From assembly GCA_964404925.1 (NCBI GenBank), contig CAYOLW010000005.1, forward strand, positions 5,458 through 69,457: a stretch of 64,000 nucleotides of DNA, given 5' to 3'. This document shows, piece by piece, positions 1 through 9,513 of the stretch. The position numbers and the translations under genes were made by a program. A model generated the notes under the pieces. That model ran no database searches, was not told the origin of the DNA, and saw only the letters and a program-made list of their open reading frames with translations. This DNA comes from an uncultured Candidatus Saccharibacteria bacterium. GTDB taxonomy: Bacteria > Patescibacteriota > Minisyncoccia > Phycocordibacterales > UBA9973. Position 1 is the first letter of the stretch; each line of letters begins with the position of its first letter.

Positions 1-80
1 TTTTATATCTAACATGGCAGTAAAATTTATGAATATATAATACTTAGGATTATACATCAATGTTGTTATAATACAAATGA

Positions 81-947
81 ATGGAAATCAAAAAACTGCC
101 AAAAGAATATTGGCCAGAAGGACTATTTGAGATTCCCGAACCACCAGAACAATTGTGGACACTTGGAGATTTTCCGGACTTGGACGGGCTCACTCTGCTG
201 TGCGTTGTTGGTTCTCGCAAATTTACAAGCTACGGAAAAGACGTCTGCGAAAAATTAATTGAAGGATTAAAGGGTCATCCTGTGGTTATCGTCTCGGGAC
301 TCGCCATGGGCATCGACGCTATCGCACACCAAACAGCACTTAAAGTTGGATTAAAAACACTGGTCTTCCCTGGATCTGGACTTTCTCGTAAAGCACTTTA
401 TCCGAAAACAAATTTGAGGTTAGCAGAAGATATTGTGAGAAATGGCGGATGTCTAGTGTCAGAATTTGAACCAGATTTCTTGGCCACACTGTGGGGATTC
501 CCTAAAAGGAATCGTCTTATGGCCGGCATGTGCCAGGCAACGCTCGTGATAGAAGCTGAAGAAAAATCCGGCACATTAATAACCGCACGGCTCGCCACAG
601 AATACAACCGCGATGTGCTCGCCGTGCCTGGATCAATATATTCACCGAATTCTAAAGGCACCAACAGGCTAATCCGCCAAGGCGCTACACCGATAACCTC
701 GGTTGATGATTTGCTAGATGCTTTAGATTTAAAAAAGGATAACAATGCGAACATCCAGCAGAAACTTTTTGCTGAATTGTCACCGGAAGAATTGCGGGTC
801 ATAGACATACTCCGTGAACCCATGCCTCGGGATGAACTAATCCGTGCATTAGGTATAGGCACGTCAGAGGCTAATGCATTAATAACAGTAATGGAAATAA
901 AAAAGATAATAAAAGAGGAACTCGGTGAAATTAGGTTAAGTAATTAA
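81..947 (+). CDS. dprA: DNA-processing protein DprA
   Basis: VVGSRK, IVSGLAMGID, FPKRNRLM, EAEEKSGTLITA motifs; C-terminal winged helix. Confidence 0.95.
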   Translation: MEIKKLPKEYWPEGLFEIPEPPEQLWTLGDFPDLDGLTLLCVVGSRKFTSYGKDVCEKLIEGLKGHPVVIVSGLAMGIDAIAHQTALKVGLKTLVFPGSGLSRKALYPKTNLRLAEDIVRNGGCLVSEFEPDFLATLWGFPKRNRLMAGMCQATLVIEAEEKSGTLITARLATEYNRDVLAVPGSIYSPNSKGTNRLIRQGATPITSVDDLLDALDLKKDNNANIQQKLFAELSPEELRVIDILREPMPRDELIRALGIGTSEANALITVMEIKKIIKEELGEIRLSN

Positions 948-975
948 ATTGGAACTACCTCTTCGACAGTCCGCT

Positions 976-1500
976 CTAATCGTCCTCGTATTCTTCCTCA
1001 TCATCATCCCCATCATCTCCCCCTCTAGTTTTTAGGGATTCCATGTTTGCACTTGATTGTACTTTACTATTCACTGCGGCAGCGGCGGAGACTGTATTTA
1101 TACTCTCCCCAACTTTACCAATATAAAAACCTGAAAGCAGATTCCAAGCAAAATTGGAGTGGATAGCGGTAAAAATTTTGGTAGCTTCTTTGCCACACAT
1201 GTCGGTTATTTTCTTCACCCCTCCTGGATGCTGATCAATAAATCCTGCCACGCTGTATACAGAATCTTTCATAATTAAATAACAATCATCTCGTGTCTTG
1301 TGCTTAGCAATTTCAGCTAGGGTTAAGGTGACACTGCTTGTATTAGAGGATGGTACACCGGTCACATCCGGTAATGTGTTTAGAGTATTATCTGCTAAGT
1401 TGGTCGCACTTTGTGGCTGATATTTAGAGTACAAAGCAATTCCCGCAAGTGATGCTACGAAAATTACAAATACTCCCAGTGTTATCTTTTTTAATTTCAT
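976..1500 (-). CDS. Membrane-anchored cytochrome b5-like heme-binding protein
   Basis: N-terminal TM helix; EIAKH..DCY, FIDQHPGG, CGKEAT..F..IH b5 motifs; acidic tail. Confidence 0.85.
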   Translation of the reverse strand: MKLKKITLGVFVIFVASLAGIALYSKYQPQSATNLADNTLNTLPDVTGVPSSNTSSVTLTLAEIAKHKTRDDCYLIMKDSVYSVAGFIDQHPGGVKKITDMCGKEATKIFTAIHSNFAWNLLSGFYIGKVGESINTVSAAAAVNSKVQSSANMESLKTRGGDDGDDDEEEYEDD

Positions 1501-1514
1501 ATATTCAAATTATT

Positions 1515-2813
1515 TTATAAACTAAATTCCTCTGAATATATAGACGTACCTGGTACACCTAAAGTTGCAAACTGTCTGCGTAGCGCTTGTATCATCGGCA
1601 CAGGTGAACATATGAAAATACTGCGTCTGTCCAGGCTACCTGATTTGTCGTTGATTATCGTTGCATTAATATAGCCAGCTGTATCAGAATAGTGCGGAAT
1701 TATATGAATTAGGTTGTTCCCGATTTTTTGTAATTCATTTAGGTATACTGCCTCAGATGGATTCTTCACACAATAATACAAATCCACCCGATAACCATCT
1801 TCTTCTTTGAGGGATTTAGCCATGGAGATAAAAGGCGTAACCCCGATGCCTCCGGCTATCCATATCTGCTTTTTGAATTCTGCTTCGCTGTATGTGAATT
1901 TACCAAAAGGACCTTCTACCAGTGCCTCAGAGCCTTCTGATAATTTATTTATATTTTGAGTCCAGTCACCCAAGTTTTTAATAGTGAAAGAAATTTTCTC
2001 ATCACCTAATCCTGAAGAAATAGAGAATGGATGACTTTCGCTACTGACATGTTTATCCTTGAAAGTTATAAAAGCAAATTGCCCAGGCAAGAAATCAATT
2101 TTTTCTTTAACTGGTTTTAATATTACTTCAGTAATACCATCCCCAAGAATTTTTACTTTCGAGACACGATACTTTAATCCTCTTTTAATAAAAAGATCTA
2201 AAATAGTGTGATAAAAATATACACATAGTGCTACTCCGGAAACAACCAAAACATAAATCCTAAGTGGCAAATATGTGGAAGTGTCGCTCGGTATAAGGTA
2301 GGCATGCATACCGATGAGGAAAAATGCTATTCCCATGAATTTGTGAGTCCATTTCCAAATATGATACTTGGGCCTGAAATACAAAGTTAAGAATATAAGT
2401 ACAATCAGTAGATAGAATCCCACCTGGCCGAAAGTAATAGCCTGCCCGAACTCATTAGGTGTAAAAAAAGATAAAATACTTCGGAAACTGAGATCTGTGT
2501 ATTGATATATTAGGGATAACGGATGGAAAAGCATAAACATGAATCCAATCTGCCCTACTTGGCCATGCTTGATATACACCCTATTAAGTCCATAGAAAAA
2601 TTCTTCCAGTACTTTAAACTTTGACGATAAGAGCAAAGATTCAGCAAAAAGCATCATACCAATAATGCCGAAAACACGTCCCAGCAGGGATGCTGTGTCT
2701 GCCCAAGTGGTAACATTAAAGCTCACCGACGGAGATAAAGCCCAAAACAATACCGCGATTAACGGAATTGCAATTAAGAAATAAACACCAGATCTATCTT
2801 TATCTGTTTGCAT
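1515..2813 (-). CDS. Ferric reductase-like transmembrane FAD/NAD(P)H oxidoreductase
   Basis: About 6 TM helices with His pairs; PGQF, HPFSISS, EGPFG, IAGGIGVTPF, terminal EEF; ATG at 2813 preferred. Confidence 0.88.
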   Translation of the reverse strand: MQTDKDRSGVYFLIAIPLIAVLFWALSPSVSFNVTTWADTASLLGRVFGIIGMMLFAESLLLSSKFKVLEEFFYGLNRVYIKHGQVGQIGFMFMLFHPLSLIYQYTDLSFRSILSFFTPNEFGQAITFGQVGFYLLIVLIFLTLYFRPKYHIWKWTHKFMGIAFFLIGMHAYLIPSDTSTYLPLRIYVLVVSGVALCVYFYHTILDLFIKRGLKYRVSKVKILGDGITEVILKPVKEKIDFLPGQFAFITFKDKHVSSESHPFSISSGLGDEKISFTIKNLGDWTQNINKLSEGSEALVEGPFGKFTYSEAEFKKQIWIAGGIGVTPFISMAKSLKEEDGYRVDLYYCVKNPSEAVYLNELQKIGNNLIHIIPHYSDTAGYINATIINDKSGSLDRRSIFICSPVPMIQALRRQFATLGVPGTSIYSEEFSL

Positions 2814-2853
2814 ATACACCATTCTATCACAGCATGATTTTCCTGCCAAAAAA

Positions 2854-3255
2854 TTAAACAGATGGCTGTTCTTGTCTTTCTAGGTCTAAAAGTTGCTTTT
2901 CGAGTTTAAGAATTTCTTCTTGGACTTTTTTGATTTGATCTTGTCCTTCACCCATTTTAATATCAATTTCTAGATTCTTACGTTCAGCTTCAAGTGCTTG
3001 TTTTGTAAATTCTATTTTATCATGTAAATTTAATTTATTATAACTATCTATTTCAAAAGCTTTTGCAGGGTTTATTCCCGGATATTTCTTCATATCAATC
3101 CCCCATTTAGGTTGAAAGTCATTAAAGAATTGCTGGTCCGCCGTACTGTTTGTCTGCGCTTCTACACCTTCTACAGCAGTTGTTATTGCAGCAGCAATTG
3201 TCATGCCCCTTCTAGCTTTTCCCCTTGTAAAAATTTTCTCAAATGGATTTTTCAT
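2854..3255 (-). CDS. Hypothetical protein with a signal-like N-terminus and coiled-coil C-terminus
   Basis: Non-overlapping ORF, ATG start, upstream -10-like boxes. Confidence 0.6.
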   Translation of the reverse strand: MKNPFEKIFTRGKARRGMTIAAAITTAVEGVEAQTNSTADQQFFNDFQPKWGIDMKKYPGINPAKAFEIDSYNKLNLHDKIEFTKQALEAERKNLEIDIKMGEGQDQIKKVQEEILKLEKQLLDLERQEQPSV

Positions 3256-3345
3256 ATTTTTGTACTTAATTATTTTTAATATATACTATACACATTATAA
3301 CACATATATTTGCCAAAAAAATCAAATTCGTGTAATACTGGGCTT

Positions 3346-5574
3346 ATGCGATTATTAATTGTGGAGTCGCCTTCCAAGGCCAAAACAATAGAGAAGTACC
3401 TAGATGGCGCCTCCTCCTCATCGGCGGACAAGTACACCGTGCGTGCTTCTGTTGGTCATATCCGGGATTTACCTAAGTCAAACAAGAAAGCCATAGATAT
3501 AGAAGGAGGCTTTATCCCCCACTATGAGATAAGTAAAGGCAAAGAAAAGGTAGTCCATGAATTACAACACCTAGCCGAGAAGGCCAGTGAAGTACTACTA
3601 GCCACTGACCCTGACCGTGAAGGCGAGGCTATCGCTTGGCACATAGAGGAATTACTGAAAGCTGACAAGAAAGTTAAAGCAAAAATAAAAAGAGTCACTT
3701 TTCATGAAATAACCAAAGAAGCTATTCTAGAAGCACTCAAAGAACCACGTGAAATAGACACAGATTTGCGTCGTGCCCAAGAAGCTCGCCGTGTGCTCGA
3801 CCGACTTGTGGGATACGATCTATCTGGAGTTATTTGGAAGAAGGTCCGCTACGGTCTATCTGCTGGGCGAGTACAATCCCCGGCCCTACGCATAATCATG
3901 GAACGTGAAAGAGAAATCCGAGCTTTTATCCCAGAAAAATATTGGAGGATTTGGGGTGAGTTTGAAACTGCTAAAAAAGCTGCTATCAGATTAGAGTGTA
4001 GCGAAGAACCACGTGATGAAAAATTGGTAGATAAAATAATGCAAGTAGGCAATGCCGGCACTTGGGTTATTGATGGTGTCAAAGAATCCGAACAAAAGCG
4101 TGCACCCCGTGCACCGTTTACTACTTCCACATTGCAGCAGACAGCGAGTTCAAGACTCGGCTACTCACCTTCTCGTACCATGCAGATAGCGCAGAAATTG
4201 TATGAAGCTGGACATATAACATACATGCGTACCGATAGTACTAATCTAGCTAAAGTTGCCCAAGACCAAATACTTGCCTTGATCGATAAAAAGTTCGGTA
4301 AAGACTATGTTGTACCGAGAGTATATAAAACAAAATCCAAAAATGCTCAAGAAGCCCATGAAGCCATCCGACCAACTCATTTTAATGTAGAACATGCGGG
4401 TACAGATGAACAACAAAAATTGTATCGTCTAATCTGGGAGCGTACAGTATCCAGCCAAATGGCTGATGCCAAAGTTCTGCGAACTAAACTAACTGCAGTT
4501 ATCGAAGGAGAAGAAGAAATTCCTCCGTTTAGCGCCAATGGTTCGAGGCTTCTTTTCCCAGGATGGCTAGCCGTAGATACCGCAGCCCGTGGTGAAGATG
4601 TAGAATTACCAGAATGCAAAGCTGGAGAAAAGTTGAAACTTTTGAAACTAGAAAACGAAGAGAAATTTACCGAACCGCCAGGCCGCTATAGCGAAGCTGG
4701 ATTAGTGAAAGAACTTGAATCTCGTGGTATAGGGCGACCTAGTACCTACGCATCTATCATGCGTACCATAGAAGAACGTGGTTATGTAAGAAAAGAAAAT
4801 AAAACACTTTTCCCCACCGATACAGGTGAAGTAGTCTCTGATTTCCTAGAGAATAATTTTGCTAACTATATTTCAGATACATTTACTGCCGAAATGGAAG
4901 ACGAGCTTGATGAGATTTCTCGAGGTGAACGTGATTATGAGAAAACCTTAAGAGAGTTCTACACTCCTTTTATCAAAGAAGTAAAAGAAAAAGATAAATT
5001 AGCCAAAGCTACGGACCTGGGTGCTGCGCCGGAAAATATAAAATGTCCTAAATGTGGTAAAAGCATGATAATAAAGCTTGCTCGAGCTGGTAAATTCTAT
5101 TCTTGTTCTGACTACCCTGATTGTACTGGTGCACTCATGCTAGACGGAACAGAACTCCAAGGTCCAAAAGAAATAGGAGAAATGTGTCCCCTATGTGGCG
5201 AGAAGAAAGGTAAATCCGGAGGTGGTAAACTCGTCATCCGAGAACGTCGCGACGGTACCGGCACATTTATATCTTGCTCACGTTATCCAAAATGTAAATT
5301 TATTAAAGAAGACGAGGAAGAGAAGAAAAGGAAAATGACAGATGTAGAATGCCCTACCTGCAAAAAGGGTTTTATGATGGAACGCCGAGGAAGATTCGGT
5401 ATATTCTATTCTTGCTCAAACTATCCAGACTGCAAAAATGCCATTAAAGCCAAACCAACTGGTCGCATATGTGACATGTGTAGTTCATTAATGATGGAAG
5501 GCACCAAGACAATCCCAGAGAGATGCAGTAATAATAAATGCCCTAACCACCGACCAGATAAACTCAAAAAATAA
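3346..5574 (+). CDS. topA: DNA topoisomerase I
   Basis: LLIVESPSKAK, ATDPDREGE, SAGRVQS, ITYMRTDS; C-terminal Zn ribbons; ATG at 3346. Confidence 0.97.
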   Translation: MRLLIVESPSKAKTIEKYLDGASSSSADKYTVRASVGHIRDLPKSNKKAIDIEGGFIPHYEISKGKEKVVHELQHLAEKASEVLLATDPDREGEAIAWHIEELLKADKKVKAKIKRVTFHEITKEAILEALKEPREIDTDLRRAQEARRVLDRLVGYDLSGVIWKKVRYGLSAGRVQSPALRIIMEREREIRAFIPEKYWRIWGEFETAKKAAIRLECSEEPRDEKLVDKIMQVGNAGTWVIDGVKESEQKRAPRAPFTTSTLQQTASSRLGYSPSRTMQIAQKLYEAGHITYMRTDSTNLAKVAQDQILALIDKKFGKDYVVPRVYKTKSKNAQEAHEAIRPTHFNVEHAGTDEQQKLYRLIWERTVSSQMADAKVLRTKLTAVIEGEEEIPPFSANGSRLLFPGWLAVDTAARGEDVELPECKAGEKLKLLKLENEEKFTEPPGRYSEAGLVKELESRGIGRPSTYASIMRTIEERGYVRKENKTLFPTDTGEVVSDFLENNFANYISDTFTAEMEDELDEISRGERDYEKTLREFYTPFIKEVKEKDKLAKATDLGAAPENIKCPKCGKSMIIKLARAGKFYSCSDYPDCTGALMLDGTELQGPKEIGEMCPLCGEKKGKSGGGKLVIRERRDGTGTFISCSRYPKCKFIKEDEEEKKRKMTDVECPTCKKGFMMERRGRFGIFYSCSNYPDCKNAIKAKPTGRICDMCSSLMMEGTKTIPERCSNNKCPNHRPDKLKK
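3409..3429. repeat. Degenerate GC-rich short palindromic element inserted in frame in topA (ASSSSAD)
   Basis: GCCTCCTCCTCATCGGCGGAC; removal restores the usual YLxxxYxVxASxGH spacing; resembles the 24700-24720 element. Confidence 0.55.
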
Positions 5575-5618
5575 ATTCAATATTGAATTAAATACATAAC
5601 TGCTATAATATACTTCAT

Positions 5619-7103
5619 ATGCCAGACATAGAAGAACTATTTAGTTTAAGTGTGCAAGAATTTAGTGAGGCTGATAAGCAACTCCTAAAGAAAGCTTTTT
5701 TATTTGCTTGGAAAGCCCACGAGCCTCAAAAACGTGATTCCGGCGAACCGTATTTCATACATGTGTTTGAGACTGCTAAAATATTAACTAAACTCGGAAT
5801 GGACACCAACACCATTGCTGCAGGTTTTCTTCATGACACAATCGAAGACACACCCGTCACAGAGGCAGAACTTGAAAAAGAGTTCGGTAAAGAAATTTTG
5901 TTTCTAGTAAATGGAGTGACCAAATTAGGAACATTGAAATACCGCGGTCATGATAGACACGTGGAGAGTATGCGTAAATTCTTTATGGCTATGGCGAATG
6001 ACCTGCGAGTCGTTACCATCAAACTTGCTGATCGGCTACACAATCTGCGCACACTAGAACACAAAAAACCTGAAAAGCAGAAGCGTATAGCCTTAGAATC
6101 TATCGAAGTGTATGCAGCGCTTGCGAACAGACTCGGTATGGGTAAACTAAAAAGTGAAATTGAAGAAGCTGCTTTTCCTTTTGCTTATCCAGAGGCCTAC
6201 GCCGAAGTCACAGCTAAACTGAGTGAACGCGAAGAAAAATATAAAAAAGACACAGAATCAATAAAGACTGAGCTAGAAGAAACATTAAAGAAAGAAAACA
6301 TTTCTTTTGATGAAGTTAGTTATCGAGTGAAGACCAAATACAGTCTGTGGCGCAAACTTGCAAGGTATGACATGGATATAGATAAAATCTACGATATCAT
6401 TGCATTGCGTGTTGTTGTCGAAAGTGTCGAAGAATGCTACCAAATACTTGGAATAATTCACTCTATTTGGCGACCAATCCAAGGCCGAATAAAGGACTAC
6501 ATTTCAATACCTAAACCTAATGGTTACAGGTCTCTCCATACTACTGTATTCACCGGAGAAACAGGTGTAGCTGAAATTCAGATTCGTACCCGAGAAATGC
6601 ACGCTGAAGCTGCCTACGGTATTGCAGCTCACTTTGCCTACAAAGAACAAGGAGGCAAAAAGAAACAAGATGATAGCAAGAAATTTGAATGGATTGAAGA
6701 ACTTCAAGAGTTGAATTACAATCCAGATAAACCAAATACTTTTTTCGAGCACTTGAAAATGGATTTCTTTAATGACCGAATTTTCATCATGACACCCAAA
6801 GGTGATGTAGTTGATCTACCTGAACATTCAACAGCTATTGATTTTGCTTATTCTATCCACTCAGATGTTGGGAACCACACTTCGGGGGCCAAAATTAACG
6901 GTAAACTAAGCCAGATTTTTACTGTATTAAAAAATGGTGACATTGTAGAAATTTTAACTAAAAAAGACGCTAACCCTTCACGTAAATGGCTAGATCACAC
7001 AAAAACAAACTTAGCAAAAAGACACATCAGAATATATCTCGATAAAAATGAAAGTTCTCTATTCGACAGATTGAAGAGTCTCGGTGGATATAAAAAGAAT
7101 TAG
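5619..7103 (+). CDS. relA: RelA/SpoT (p)ppGpp synthetase/hydrolase (HD, SYNTH, TGS; no ACT domain)
   Basis: HEPQKRDSGEPYFIH, LHDTIED, KLADRLHN, KPNGYRSLHT, EIQIRT, TGS DFAYSIH. Confidence 0.92.
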   Translation: MPDIEELFSLSVQEFSEADKQLLKKAFLFAWKAHEPQKRDSGEPYFIHVFETAKILTKLGMDTNTIAAGFLHDTIEDTPVTEAELEKEFGKEILFLVNGVTKLGTLKYRGHDRHVESMRKFFMAMANDLRVVTIKLADRLHNLRTLEHKKPEKQKRIALESIEVYAALANRLGMGKLKSEIEEAAFPFAYPEAYAEVTAKLSEREEKYKKDTESIKTELEETLKKENISFDEVSYRVKTKYSLWRKLARYDMDIDKIYDIIALRVVVESVEECYQILGIIHSIWRPIQGRIKDYISIPKPNGYRSLHTTVFTGETGVAEIQIRTREMHAEAAYGIAAHFAYKEQGGKKKQDDSKKFEWIEELQELNYNPDKPNTFFEHLKMDFFNDRIFIMTPKGDVVDLPEHSTAIDFAYSIHSDVGNHTSGAKINGKLSQIFTVLKNGDIVEILTKKDANPSRKWLDHTKTNLAKRHIRIYLDKNESSLFDRLKSLGGYKKN

Positions 7104-8116
7104 AGACTGAAATTAGCAATATCGTACAGGGCTGCTTCATCGGCAGCTCGTTTGTTTTCTTCGGCAATCAATCGTAATTCTTCTTCTCGGCGAGCTATTT
7201 CATCGGGATGTTCTTTCTCTACCTCAACAGCATTAGGTACGAAATTTGAAGCAATGTGATTATCCAGCATATGGGTCAAACCCTTCATTTGTTCTGGGTG
7301 TTTAATAAGGCTCAGAATTGTCTGCAAATCATTCGGTGTGAAAAAGTCTATCTTTATGTGTCCCCCATTTTCTTTCATTTCAATCTGTACACGAGTACCT
7401 AGTTTTTCCCCCAATTCTTCTTCCATCTCAACTATAGCCGGATCTACTAAGTATTCCTTTTTACGTACACGATCATAGGCAATTTTGCGAGCTATTTTCT
7501 CAGCATCTCTGACGGTTAATCTCTTGTAGACTATTTCCTTGAATAAAACATTTTGTTCTTCTGGGTGGTCTGCCAACATAAGTAATGGACGAGTGTGACC
7601 TTCATTTATTTTACCCTCAGCAAGCCCGGTTAATATTTCTTCTGGAAGAGCCAGTATACGCAAAGAGTTGGAAACATATTCACGACTTTTACCAAGCTTC
7701 TTACCAATGTCTGCGTGAGTAAATTTAAATTCACTAGCTAATCGTTCAAAAGCTCGAGCCCGGTCAACAGAGTTCAGATCTTCTCTTTGTAAGTTCTCAA
7801 GTATAGCGAGCTCAAGCTTCATCATGCTTGAATCTCCCACACGAATAATAGCAGGCACTTGTGACACTCCAGCTAGCTTGGAAGCACGCAGTCTACGTTC
7901 TCCTGCAATAAGCTCATATTCAGTAACTAGGCCACCATCTTCTTTTTCTATTTCAACACGAGATACTGTTAAAGGCTGTAGTACTCCATACTGCTTGATT
8001 GAATCAGCCAAGTCCTGCAACCTAGCAGGATCAAACTCTCGTCTGGGTTGATATGGGTTTGGTTTTATTTTGTCGGTTTCGATCCAGAAAATTGAATTGG
8101 AATATAAGTTAGACAT
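7100..8116 (-). CDS. parB: ParB/Spo0J partition protein
   Basis: PNPYQPRREF, LIAGERRLRA, ENLQREDL, HTH. Confidence 0.93.
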   Translation of the reverse strand: MSNLYSNSIFWIETDKIKPNPYQPRREFDPARLQDLADSIKQYGVLQPLTVSRVEIEKEDGGLVTEYELIAGERRLRASKLAGVSQVPAIIRVGDSSMMKLELAILENLQREDLNSVDRARAFERLASEFKFTHADIGKKLGKSREYVSNSLRILALPEEILTGLAEGKINEGHTRPLLMLADHPEEQNVLFKEIVYKRLTVRDAEKIARKIAYDRVRKKEYLVDPAIVEMEEELGEKLGTRVQIEMKENGGHIKIDFFTPNDLQTILSLIKHPEQMKGLTHMLDNHIASNFVPNAVEVEKEHPDEIARREEELRLIAEENKRAADEAALYDIANFSL

Positions 8117-8152
8117 GAAGCTATTTTAGCACAAAAAATAATTTCGGGTAAA

Positions 8153-8172
8153 CCTGCCTGCCGGCAGGCAGG
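8153..8172. repeat. Perfect 20-bp palindrome CCTGCCTGCCGGCAGGCAGG
   Basis: Self-complementary; lies between parB and tRNA-Leu. Confidence 0.85.
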
Positions 8173-8223
8173 AATTGATTTTCTGTACAAATCTGTGTAA
8201 TATATGTGAATTGCTAAAAGCAT

Positions 8224-8305
8224 GCCGGGATGGCGGAATTGGTATACGCATACGACTCAAAATCGTACGGGGCAACCCTTGAGAGTTCAAGTCTCTCTCC
8301 CGGCA
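8224..8305 (+). tRNA. tRNA-Leu(CAA)
   Basis: GCCGGGA/TCCCGGC acceptor stem, TACGA-CTCAAAA-TCGTA anticodon arm, long variable arm, GTTCAAG T-loop; CCA not encoded. Confidence 0.95.
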
Positions 8306-8309
8306 CAAA

Positions 8310-9434
8310 TTATTTAACTATTTTACTTGTAAAAAGTAGTGTTTTACGTGCATCTCTTTCTAGCATGTGCCAGACAGACATCAATTTATAGTCATCTTTA
8401 AAATACTGAGATTCAAATTCTAAACATTTTTTCGCAATGAACAATGCCAGTACAGCTACCAAGATCCCAAACAAACTGTCTACCGCATAATGCTGAAAAG
8501 TTGTAACAGTTCCCAGTATATTGAAAAAAAGCCACGGCAGTAAAAAAATTGCATATGGCGTAAACAGCTCTATCCCAATAACCACAGCGATAACGCCCCA
8601 AGCCACGTGCATTGAAGGAAAAGTTGAAACCGCAAAAGACTTTAAAGTCGGATCAATCCAGGTTTCTAAAACATGCGGTAAATATTCATCAATATTTTTC
8701 TCTATTTTTGTATTTTTAATCTCGTAATTTATGTTCTCTGGCACAGGTCTGCCTAAAGTATTCACCACATACATCTCAGCTGGTGAAATTGCTGGAATCA
8801 ATGTCCAAAATGGTAAACCTATAAAACCAGCTATTATGAAACTAATAATAAACTTCCTGAGAAGTTGTGAGTTAGTGAACAAAGCCGTCAAAACAACAAC
8901 AGAAATAATGAAAAGAATTTGCCTATAAGCCAGCACCGACAGAAAACCAATAGAACCAATAGCAGCAAATTTCTGCAGAAAAAAAGGCGGATAAACGCCA
9001 AATATTAGATAGTCTAGATGCATCAGGTACTCTGATGTACTAGCCACAGCCCCCGGGTCAGCATTCCGATAAACAAACTCAAGTGCATAGCTATATATGA
9101 CTATTAAAAAAACAATAAGTAAAGTCCAAAAAGCGAGTGAACGAATATAAATTAAAAGCTTCTTGCCAATGTTAATAAATATGCTTTTAGCATTGTCCTT
9201 GTTTTTTATTAAATTAAATACAACAAATAATATTTTGAAAAAACCATAAATAGACACAATACTAAGTATTGAAAATATTGCTGAACCAAACAATAACGAA
9301 TGGTCTAGATGAAACGTAAGGTCACCAAAACCAAGATTATTAAATTTAATTATTAACAAAGAAAATAAACTGAACACAAAAAATAAAGCAAAGAGTACAT
9401 GTACCTCAATAGGCATTCGTCTGAAAAATTTCAT
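8310..9434 (-). CDS. PAP2-family (inositol-phosphorylceramide synthase-like) membrane protein
   Basis: Multiple TM helices; FPSMHVAW and QHYAVD motifs. Confidence 0.8.
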   Translation of the reverse strand: MKFFRRMPIEVHVLFALFFVFSLFSLLIIKFNNLGFGDLTFHLDHSLLFGSAIFSILSIVSIYGFFKILFVVFNLIKNKDNAKSIFINIGKKLLIYIRSLAFWTLLIVFLIVIYSYALEFVYRNADPGAVASTSEYLMHLDYLIFGVYPPFFLQKFAAIGSIGFLSVLAYRQILFIISVVVLTALFTNSQLLRKFIISFIIAGFIGLPFWTLIPAISPAEMYVVNTLGRPVPENINYEIKNTKIEKNIDEYLPHVLETWIDPTLKSFAVSTFPSMHVAWGVIAVVIGIELFTPYAIFLLPWLFFNILGTVTTFQHYAVDSLFGILVAVLALFIAKKCLEFESQYFKDDYKLMSVWHMLERDARKTLLFTSKIVK

Positions 9435-9477
9435 ATATATATAATACCACAGAGTTTGGTGTATCGGCTTTGATATA

Positions 9478-9506
9478 TTTACAATATATCACATATGATA
9501 TATAAT
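9478..9506 (+). promoter_or_regulatory. sigma70 promoter TTTACA-17-TATAAT with overlapping inverted repeat ATATATCA-cata-TGATATAT
   Basis: -35 at 9478-9483, -10 at 9501-9506, palindrome at 9484-9503, ATG at 9514. Confidence 0.6.
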
Positions 9507-9513
9507 ATTCTCC

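Noticed and set aside
8126-8308. 60-aa minus-strand ORF
   Set aside because: Antisense to tRNA-Leu and the palindrome.
8290-9434. Island integrated at tRNA-Leu
   Set aside because: No duplicated tRNA-Leu 3' end found by eye.
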